Source: an uncultured Eubacteriales bacterium (GTDB taxonomy: Bacteria; Bacillota; Clostridia; Peptostreptococcales; Anaerovoracaceae). From it: a DNA stretch of 44,352 nucleotides. The stretch lies in NCBI GenBank assembly GCA_902803725.1, contig CADCRD010000006.1, positions 1 through 44,352 on the forward strand, written 5' to 3'. The first letter of the stretch is position 1; each line of letters begins with the position of its first letter. The notes under the pieces were generated by a model. That model saw only the letters and a list, made by a program, of their open reading frames with translations, was not told the DNA's origin and searched no databases. Position numbers and translations under genes: made by a program. Positions 10,250-17,368 of this stretch are shown piece after piece.

Positions 10250-11854
10250 GTGTTTTATTGGACCCGGTACGATTTAAAAGAAAAAATAATGCTTATAACA
10301 GCGGCGGCGATAGCATGTCTGCTGTTTTTCTGCATTTCAATGACATCGCAGGTAAATGCGTCCGAACAGAATAATGCCCCCGGGCTAAATACTGCATCTG
10401 TTTGCAGTATTGAAAATACTACAAAAGGCATATTGCTGGAATGGAAGAAAGCCCCCGGCGCCAATGGCTATAGAATATTCAGGAAAGAAGAGGGCTTTTC
10501 AGAGTGGCAGCATATCAAGACAATATCTTCGGGTAATATCCTGATGTGGAAAGACAAGAAAGACATGACAAGCGGCACTTTGTACAAGTACCTGATACTC
10601 TCCGGTAAGACAGGATCTGAAGATCTTAGTGCAGATCCGGCTAATGGCGCTGCTGATGAAAATGCAGTTTCATTTCATTTTGTCAGGCCGGTCAGACTGA
10701 CCTCGCACAAATGTATGGCAAATAATATGGTTGATGATGTATGGGAACGGCAGGAATCTGCGGATGGTTATGAATTGCAGTTCTCTGCAAGTCCGTTTTT
10801 TACAGCGGCAGAATCCGTTTTTATCAGCGGTAATGAAAACATCCATTATAACGGGCAGCCGGGGAAAAACGGGAAATATGCCAGGGTCCGGGCTTACAAA
10901 ATCAATGGAGACATAAAGGATTTTTCATCCTGGTCATATTCAGCTGCGTTCAGAAAAAAGATAAAGCTGACGGTCAAATACAACAAGAGAAAAGGGAAGA
11001 AAACCGATTACAGAAAAATGAGCAGGCAAAAGCTGTATGGTTATGATGTTTTTCAGGGAGCATGTTCCTATGGGAAATACAGTTATCATTCACTGCTGAA
11101 CAAGAATAACGGCAGATTTAAACTTGTCAGAGTGAATATGGACAGCGGAAAAGTCGTAAAGACCGGCACAAGGGCTATCAGGGGCCACGCTAATTCGATG
11201 ACATACAACACGGATGACCGCATTGCCGTTGCTACACAGGGAAATGGAAGCAATAATAAGCTTACGATCATCAACATCAAAAGCCTGAATCCGAAAAGAG
11301 TTGTAAAAATCAAGGTCCCGGCCGCTGTATCCGGAGCAGGTAAGGCGGATATCAAAAAGATCAGGAAGGGGATCACAGCGATCTCTTATGAAGAGTCCAG
11401 AAAAAAATATGTTGCCAGAGTAGCGGACCTTGATGATTTTATTGTCATGAACAGGAATTTTACTGTGATCAGATATGTAAAAGTCAGTAAAAAATTCAAA
11501 CAAATGAGGCAATCGATGTTGTGCACGAAGGACATGGTTATCTGTCTTATGTCTCCGGTCAGTTCGAAGCAGGACAATATCGGTGTGATATATGACTGGA
11601 ATGGTAATTATATTACCAAAGTATGGCTGGGGAAAAAATATGAACTGGAAGACGTTTATTTTAATGAAGGTGTTTTGTACGGGCATAAATATAACAGCTT
11701 TCTGAAAACAATAAAAAAGAAGAAAGTGGTCAGGGCCATTGTAAAAAAGAAATCAAAAAAAACCGGGAAGATCCGTTATAAACTGGTGAAAAAGAAAAAG
11801 ACTGTAAAGAAAAAAATATTCTACAGAGAGAACTATATTTTCAAAGCATATTAA
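10250..11854 (+). CDS. Secreted protein of unknown function: signal peptide, two FN3-like modules, about 290-aa very basic domain, poly-Lys C-terminal tail
   Basis: ORF 10211-11854. I prefer the GTG at 10250 (AAAAGGGGGA SD 6 nt upstream). It gives an n-region (R, K, K), an h-region and a VNA/S cleavage site. Modules carry GANGYRIFRK...YKY and ADGYELQFS...YARVRAYK...SSWS signatures. The C-terminus is KKKKVVRAIVKKKSKKTGKIRYKLVKKKKTVKKK. I recognised no characterised catalytic motif. Confidence 0.75.
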   Translation: MFYWTRYDLKEKIMLITAAAIACLLFFCISMTSQVNASEQNNAPGLNTASVCSIENTTKGILLEWKKAPGANGYRIFRKEEGFSEWQHIKTISSGNILMWKDKKDMTSGTLYKYLILSGKTGSEDLSADPANGAADENAVSFHFVRPVRLTSHKCMANNMVDDVWERQESADGYELQFSASPFFTAAESVFISGNENIHYNGQPGKNGKYARVRAYKINGDIKDFSSWSYSAAFRKKIKLTVKYNKRKGKKTDYRKMSRQKLYGYDVFQGACSYGKYSYHSLLNKNNGRFKLVRVNMDSGKVVKTGTRAIRGHANSMTYNTDDRIAVATQGNGSNNKLTIINIKSLNPKRVVKIKVPAAVSGAGKADIKKIRKGITAISYEESRKKYVARVADLDDFIVMNRNFTVIRYVKVSKKFKQMRQSMLCTKDMVICLMSPVSSKQDNIGVIYDWNGNYITKVWLGKKYELEDVYFNEGVLYGHKYNSFLKTIKKKKVVRAIVKKKSKKTGKIRYKLVKKKKTVKKKIFYRENYIFKAY

Positions 11855-11872
11855 GAGAATGAATTAAAAACT

Positions 11873-11904
11873 GCCGGCTTTCCAAAGAGAAGCCGGTATT
11901 TTTT
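11873..11904 (+). terminator. Rho-independent terminator of the orphan gene
   Basis: GCCGGCTT (11873-11880) pairs with AAGCCGGT (11890-11897). 9-nt loop, then ATTTTTT. Confidence 0.7.
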
Positions 11905-11983
11905 CGCAATAATTTCAAAAACAGGTTTATAAATCAGCGTAAATGGATATAATAGATGAGGTAAGAAATTTTGGAGGAAAAAT

Positions 11984-12718
11984 ATGCTTGGTTTAAAAGA
12001 TGTAAAATGGACTGCTGAAGACGGCAGACAAATACTTAAAGGTATAGACTTTGAACTTAAAGAGGGAACGCTTACGGTTATCACCGGGCCGAACGGCAGC
12101 GGAAAAACAACTTTGGCAAAGGTCATTTCGGGTGTTGAAGAAGCTACGGAAGGTTCCATAATGCTGGATGACACTGATCTCGTCGGCAAGGATATAACCG
12201 AAAGAGCGAAACTGGGTGTTGCATATGCTTTTCAGCAGCCGGTACGTTTTAAAGGCATCAGCGTCAGAGATCTGATCGAGCTGGCGAGAGGCGAAGCTGT
12301 TGAAGAATTCGATATCTGCGGAATAATGAATAAAGTCGGACTTTGCACGAAGGATTACATTGACAGAGAAGTCAATGATTCTCTCTCGGGCGGAGAAATA
12401 AAGAGAATAGAACTTGCAACAGTACTGGCCAGAAAAGATGCTCATCTGCTGCTGTTCGATGAACCTGAGGCAGGTATCGATCTTTGGAGCTTCAATGGCC
12501 TTGTAGAAGCTTTTGAGGAGCTGAAAAAGAAGAATGATAAAATCCTTCTGGTCATTTCGCATCAGGAAAGACTGCTTGAAATAGCAGATAATATAATAGT
12601 AATAGCTGACGGAAAAGTTCGACTGGCAGGACCGGGAGAGGAAATACTTCCTCAGTTGATGAACGACGAAAAATCAGGCGAGTGCCCGATTGGAAAGGAT
12701 ATGCTGGCAAATGGATAA
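11984..12718 (+). CDS. sufC: SufC-type Fe-S cluster assembly ATPase
   Basis: 244 aa. Walker A GPNGSGKTT, signature LSGGE, Walker B LLLFDEPEAGID, H-loop ISHQERLL (SufC-like HxQR). GGAGGA SD. Stop overlaps the next start (ATGGATAA). Confidence 0.88.
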   Translation: MLGLKDVKWTAEDGRQILKGIDFELKEGTLTVITGPNGSGKTTLAKVISGVEEATEGSIMLDDTDLVGKDITERAKLGVAYAFQQPVRFKGISVRDLIELARGEAVEEFDICGIMNKVGLCTKDYIDREVNDSLSGGEIKRIELATVLARKDAHLLLFDEPEAGIDLWSFNGLVEAFEELKKKNDKILLVISHQERLLEIADNIIVIADGKVRLAGPGEEILPQLMNDEKSGECPIGKDMLANG

Positions 12719-13634
12719 GATAACTGAATCACTGTTAAAACTGGTTTCTGACTGGGACGACGGCGTTTACGAAGGCGCTTATAATATCAGAGAAAACGGA
12801 GGCTGTGCAGGAAGACAGTCAACTGACAATATCAGGATAGAACCCAAGGAGGGCGGAAAGGGAATCGATATATATGTTGAGCCCGGAACAAAGGATGAAA
12901 AGGTATACATTCCTGCATGCATCAGCAGAGGCAATGTGGATGACATCGTATATAACGATTTCCACATTGGAGAAGATGCAGATGTAACGGTCGTTGCAGG
13001 ATGCGGAGTTCATACGGATGATGATGAAGGTTCACGTCATAACGGCATCCACCGCTTTTTCCTTGAAAAGAATTCAAAGGTCCTTTATGAAGAAAAGCAT
13101 ATTGGGACCGGCGATGGTGAAGGAAAGAAAAGTATCGATCCTGAGACTGAGGTGAATCTGAAAGAAGGCGCTGTCCTTGAGATGAATACGCAGCAGCTGT
13201 CGGGTGTTGACCATTCTGTCCGGATCACCAGAGGAACGCTCGGCGATGGAGCAAAACTGATAATACACGAGAGTATCCTGACGGATGGTGATCAGTATGC
13301 CAAAACGGATTTTGATGTAGTGATGGAGGGTGAAGACTCGGCGGTAGATCTTATTTCACGCTCTGTTGCAAAGGATGAATCATATCAGGAGTATCATTCA
13401 AAGATAAGAGGTGAGAACCGCTGCACAGGTCACTCTGAGTGCGATGCGATCCTCGTCGGAAACGGCAGGGTTAATGCAGCTCCCGAGCTGTATGCCGGAG
13501 ACCTGGATGCTGAGCTGATACACGAAGCAGCCATTGGAAAAGTTGCCGGCGAGCAGATCCTCAAGCTGAAGACACTGGGACTTACCGAAGAAGAAGCTGA
13601 AAAGAGGATCATTGACGGCTTCCTTTCTGCCTGA
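12711..13634 (+). CDS. SufB/SufD-family Fe-S assembly scaffold protein (short form)
   Basis: 307 aa from ATG 12711, overlapping the sufC stop. C-terminal SufBD signature LIHEAAIGKVAGEQILKLKTLGLTEEEAEKRIIDGF. Beta-helix-like repeats. Cys/His candidates CGVHTDD and CTGHSEC. Confidence 0.85.
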   Translation: MDKITESLLKLVSDWDDGVYEGAYNIRENGGCAGRQSTDNIRIEPKEGGKGIDIYVEPGTKDEKVYIPACISRGNVDDIVYNDFHIGEDADVTVVAGCGVHTDDDEGSRHNGIHRFFLEKNSKVLYEEKHIGTGDGEGKKSIDPETEVNLKEGAVLEMNTQQLSGVDHSVRITRGTLGDGAKLIIHESILTDGDQYAKTDFDVVMEGEDSAVDLISRSVAKDESYQEYHSKIRGENRCTGHSECDAILVGNGRVNAAPELYAGDLDAELIHEAAIGKVAGEQILKLKTLGLTEEEAEKRIIDGFLSA

Positions 13635-13718
13635 ACTGAAAGGTGCCTTGCGGTGAGACGGTTTATTACCTTTGGGGATAGTGCCGTTGGGAAGATAATA
13701 AAGAAAAGCAATTAGTAA

Positions 13719-13747
13719 TTGAAAAAGACATCTTATTTCTGTATAAT
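13719..13747 (+). promoter_or_regulatory. Sigma-70-type promoter for mreB (TTGAAA-17nt-TATAAT)
   Basis: TTGAAA at 13719-13724 and TATAAT at 13742-13747. Confidence 0.5.
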
Positions 13748-13790
13748 GGTACAGCAATTATTTTGAAGTGAAAACCAAGGAGGAATCTCA

Positions 13791-14816
13791 ATGGCATTTT
13801 CGGAAGAAGTAGGAATAGATCTGGGAACAGCCAATGTAATCGTATATATAAAAGACAAAGGTATCGTTCTGCAGGAACCTTCTGTCGTAGCTGTTGACGA
13901 GGGTACGAATGAGATCCTTGCAGTTGGCGAAGAGGCCCGTCAGATGCTGGGAAGGACACCGGCCAACATAGTGGCGTTAAGACCGCTGCGTGACGGTGTT
14001 ATTTCCAATTACGATATTACAGAGCGTATGCTCAAATATTTTATAAAAAAGACATGCGGAGCCGGAAAATTCTTCAGACCGCGGATCATGATCTGCGTGC
14101 CGAGCGGTGTTACAGAAGTTGAAAAAAGAGCTGCAAGAGAAGCAGCCACACAGGCAGGCGGAAAAGATGTGTTCCTGATGGAAGAACCTCTTGCTGCAGC
14201 GATAGGTGCAGGCCTTGATGTTGCACGTCCGGAGGGAAACATGGTAATGGATATCGGCGGCGGCACGACAGATATTGCGATCATTGCTCTTGGCGGGATC
14301 GTTACAAGCATGTCTGTAAAGGTTGCAGGTGACAAGTTTGATGAAGCGATCATCAAATACATGCGTAAAAAACACAAGCTGTACATCGGTGAGAGAACAG
14401 CTGAAGAACTGAAGATAAATATCGGTACTGCATTTCCGAGAAGTGAAGAAGTCACAATGACATGCAGCGGCCGTGATCTGGTCACAGGTCTTCCGCGCGA
14501 TGTTGAAATGACGAGTTCTGAAATGCTGGAAGCTCTGGAAGAACCGCTTCATCAGATATGCGAAGCAGCTCATGCGGTTCTCGAAAAGGCACCGCCGGAA
14601 CTTGCAGCTGATATCAGCAGCTCCGGCATCTATGTTACAGGAGGCGGCGCTCTCATGTACGGTATCGATCAGAGAGTAAAAGAAAGAACCGGCATCGATG
14701 TTCATATTGCAGATGAACCAATGAACTGTGTTGCTGTCGGAACCGGAAAGGCGCTTGATAACATTGATGTGATACAGAGAGCCAGCATCAACAGAAAGAG
14801 AAGATCATTCATTTAG
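13791..14816 (+). CDS. mreB: Rod-shape-determining actin homologue MreB/Mbl
   Basis: 341 aa. Phosphate-1 GIDLGTAN, phosphate-2 DIGGGTTD, adenosine motif VTGGGA. AAGGAGGA SD. Confidence 0.93.
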   Translation: MAFSEEVGIDLGTANVIVYIKDKGIVLQEPSVVAVDEGTNEILAVGEEARQMLGRTPANIVALRPLRDGVISNYDITERMLKYFIKKTCGAGKFFRPRIMICVPSGVTEVEKRAAREAATQAGGKDVFLMEEPLAAAIGAGLDVARPEGNMVMDIGGGTTDIAIIALGGIVTSMSVKVAGDKFDEAIIKYMRKKHKLYIGERTAEELKINIGTAFPRSEEVTMTCSGRDLVTGLPRDVEMTSSEMLEALEEPLHQICEAAHAVLEKAPPELAADISSSGIYVTGGGALMYGIDQRVKERTGIDVHIADEPMNCVAVGTGKALDNIDVIQRASINRKRRSFI

Positions 14817-14824
14817 CTTCAGGC

Positions 14825-14854
14825 AGGACTATCTCACAGGAGGTAGTCCTTTTT
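14825..14854 (+). terminator. Rho-independent terminator after mreB
   Basis: AGGACTA (14825-14831) pairs with TAGTCCT (14844-14850). 12-nt loop, then TTTT. Confidence 0.7.
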
Positions 14855-14883
14855 AACGTGAATTTTTTTAGAAAGAACTGATT

Positions 14884-16011
14884 ATGAGATTAAAGCTGAC
14901 AGCAACTGCTGCGTTCGGGCTGGAAGCAGCAGTGAAAAGGGAGATCACAAAGCTTGGGTATGAGATTGAGCGGGTCGAAGACGGCAAGATCACTTTTGAC
15001 GGAGATGAGAGAGCAATAGTCCGCAGCAACCTTAATCTTCGCTGCGCAGACAGAGTTCTGCTCCGGATGGGAGAATTCCATGCGGCCGAATTTGAAGAAC
15101 TGTTTCAGAATGTCAAGGGCATGGAGTGGGAATATCTGATTCCGCCTGACGGCAGATTCACTGTTATCGGAACTTCGGTCAAATCTGTGCTTCACAGTGT
15201 TCCGGCATGCCAGAGTATCGTAAAAAAAGCCATTGTTGAAAGACTCTCAGAAGCTTATGGCATGGAACATTTTCCGGAAACCGGCGCTGAATATACAGTT
15301 AAGGTATCGATGATGAAGGACAACGCTCTTATAACTGTTGACACATCCGGAACAGCTCTTCATAAGAGAGGATACAGAAATAAGGCTGTGCCTGCACCAC
15401 TGAAAGAAACTATGGCGGCAGCTCTTATTGACATGTCATTCTGGAAAGAAGACCGTATTCTGATGGATCCCTGCTGCGGTTCGGGCACTATTGCAATTGA
15501 AGCAGCAATGATAGGAAAGAATATTGCCCCTGGTCTCGGGCGTTCATTTGCCAGTGAAGAGTGGGAATTTATCGATCCGCAGCTCTGGAAGGAAGAACGA
15601 AAAAAGGCCTACGAAGAGATACGCGATATTCCTCTGGAGATCTACGCATCAGACGTTGATCCGCGAAGTATGGCGGCTGCAAAGGAAAATGCGGCCGATG
15701 CCGGGGTAGACCTGGACATACACTTCAAACAGATAAACATAACAGACGTAAAAGCGCCGGGGGAAAACGGCATCATAATTGTGAATCCGCCGTATGGACG
15801 GCGCATCGGAGAAGAAAGGGCCATAAAAACGATATACGACTCTCTGAATTATTTCCATGAGGATAATCCGGACTGGTCACTGTTCATGATCACAGCAGAC
15901 AAGAACGCTGAAAAATATGTATGGGGCAGACCGGCAGACAGACGCAGAAAACTATATAACGGAAATGTGGAGACCTGTTACTATCAGTTCCATGGAGAGA
16001 AGATAAAATGA
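14884..16011 (+). CDS. THUMP-domain class I SAM-dependent RNA methyltransferase (COG0116 / RlmL-YpsC-like)
   Basis: 375 aa. N-terminal THUMP-like region, SAM motif I DPCCGSGT, motif IV NPPYG. Confidence 0.85.
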   Translation: MRLKLTATAAFGLEAAVKREITKLGYEIERVEDGKITFDGDERAIVRSNLNLRCADRVLLRMGEFHAAEFEELFQNVKGMEWEYLIPPDGRFTVIGTSVKSVLHSVPACQSIVKKAIVERLSEAYGMEHFPETGAEYTVKVSMMKDNALITVDTSGTALHKRGYRNKAVPAPLKETMAAALIDMSFWKEDRILMDPCCGSGTIAIEAAMIGKNIAPGLGRSFASEEWEFIDPQLWKEERKKAYEEIRDIPLEIYASDVDPRSMAAAKENAADAGVDLDIHFKQINITDVKAPGENGIIIVNPPYGRRIGEERAIKTIYDSLNYFHEDNPDWSLFMITADKNAEKYVWGRPADRRRKLYNGNVETCYYQFHGEKIK

Positions 16012-16124
16012 AACTGACCAAAGCAGGAAACTGAATAAGTAAACAGATCATCAGGCCGTCAGCAGTTGTATATAAGAAAGAGGGCAGCGAAGTATAAATA
16101 TACACATATAAGAATAAATAAACA

Positions 16125-16153
16125 TTGACTAAATATTGCAATGAATATATAAT
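16125..16153 (+). promoter_or_regulatory. Sigma-70-type promoter for carAB (TTGACT-17nt-TATAAT)
   Basis: TTGACT at 16125-16130 and TATAAT at 16148-16153. Confidence 0.5.
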
Positions 16154-16188
16154 TTTACAGATAGGGAAATGAAAGGAGAAAGAAAAAG

Positions 16189-17319
16189 GTGAGTACTTAC
16201 AGAAATCGCAGACCCGCTTATCTCATCCTCTCCGACGGAACCATCTTCAACGGATGGAACCTGGGAGCAGAGGGCACCACAATTGGTGAAGTGGTATTTG
16301 CCACGGGAATGACAGGATATCAGGAGACGCTGACTGACCCGGGCTATTACGGACAAATAGTTACACAGACATTCCCTTTGATAGGGAACTATGGTGTGAA
16401 CGACAAAGACAGAGAATCCAGCAAAGTATGGCTTTCTGGATATATCATCAGAGAATGGTGCTTCCAGCCTTCCAATTTCAGAAGTGAAGGAGATCTCGGC
16501 GAGTATCTCACAAATGCAGGTATAGTCGGGATATATGATATTGATACCAGAGCTTTGACAAGAAAGCTCAGAGAATCCGGTGTGATGAACGGTGCTATTA
16601 CAACTGACTTTCCGGAAGATTTCCATTCTTTCCTCGAGAGAATCAAAAACTTTAAGATCGTGGATGCTGTTGAGGCAGTTTCTTTTGATGAACCGAAGAG
16701 TTACAGGGTGGACGATCCTGTATGCAAGGTCGTTCTCATGGATTACGGTTATAAAAAGAATGTTCGCAGAAGCCTCACTAACCGCAGATGCGATGTTTAT
16801 GTGATGCCTTATGATTCGACACTTGAACAGATAGAACAGATAGATCCTGACGGCATCCTGCTCTCAAACGGTCCCGGAGATCCGAAGGATAATCCCGTGG
16901 TCATCAGGAACCTGAGGCGAATACTGGATGAAACGTCATTGCCCGTGACAGGTGTCGGACTGGGTCATGAACTGATGGCTCTGGCTTATGGGGGAGATAC
17001 CGAAAAATTAAAATACGGTCATCACGGAGCAAATCAGCCGGTCATGGATGTGGCGAAAGGTCGTGTATTTGCCACTGCGCAGAATCACGGTCATGCCGTA
17101 GTTCCTGACTCCATCGCTCCGTCGGTGGGCAAAGTGAGTCATTATAATGTGAATGATCACAGCTGTGAAGGTATTGTATATACCAGACCGGATACTTTTG
17201 CAATGCAGTTCCATCCGGACGATTGTGCAGGTCCGAATGATACACAGTATCTGCTTGATAATTTTGTTTCCAACATGATCAGATACAGACAGGAAAAAGA
17301 AAAAGAAAAACTCAGATAA
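16189..17319 (+). CDS. carA: Carbamoyl-phosphate synthase small subunit with degenerate glutaminase active site
   Basis: 376 aa. GTG start with GAAAGGAGA SD. N-domain is well conserved (GEVVFATGMTGYQETLTDPGYYGQIVT). The GATase domain is recognisable (GHHGANQPV, FHPD). The expected G-[IV]-C-L-G-H-Q nucleophile motif reads GVGLGHE. Confidence 0.9.
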   Translation: MSTYRNRRPAYLILSDGTIFNGWNLGAEGTTIGEVVFATGMTGYQETLTDPGYYGQIVTQTFPLIGNYGVNDKDRESSKVWLSGYIIREWCFQPSNFRSEGDLGEYLTNAGIVGIYDIDTRALTRKLRESGVMNGAITTDFPEDFHSFLERIKNFKIVDAVEAVSFDEPKSYRVDDPVCKVVLMDYGYKKNVRRSLTNRRCDVYVMPYDSTLEQIEQIDPDGILLSNGPGDPKDNPVVIRNLRRILDETSLPVTGVGLGHELMALAYGGDTEKLKYGHHGANQPVMDVAKGRVFATAQNHGHAVVPDSIAPSVGKVSHYNVNDHSCEGIVYTRPDTFAMQFHPDDCAGPNDTQYLLDNFVSNMIRYRQEKEKEKLR

Positions 17320-17368
17320 AAAATCATTATATAACACACAGCTTATACTTAGAAAAAAGGAGAAAACA

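Noticed and set aside
11755-11762. A8 homopolymer in the orphan gene, considered as a phase-variation tract.
   Set aside because: It lies in the last roughly 30 codons, within the Lys-rich tail where AAA codons are expected. A frameshift would only alter the extreme C-terminus. There is no evidence of variation from a single sequence.
16131-16160. Possible ArgR/AhrC ARG box (AATGAATATATAATTTTA) overlapping the carA -10 region. Also looked for a PyrR binding loop in the carA leader.
   Set aside because: Only about 10 of 18 positions match the Bacillus ARG-box consensus as I recall it, and the second half-site (ATTCA) is absent. No PyrR-type ARUCCAGAGAGG motif is present.
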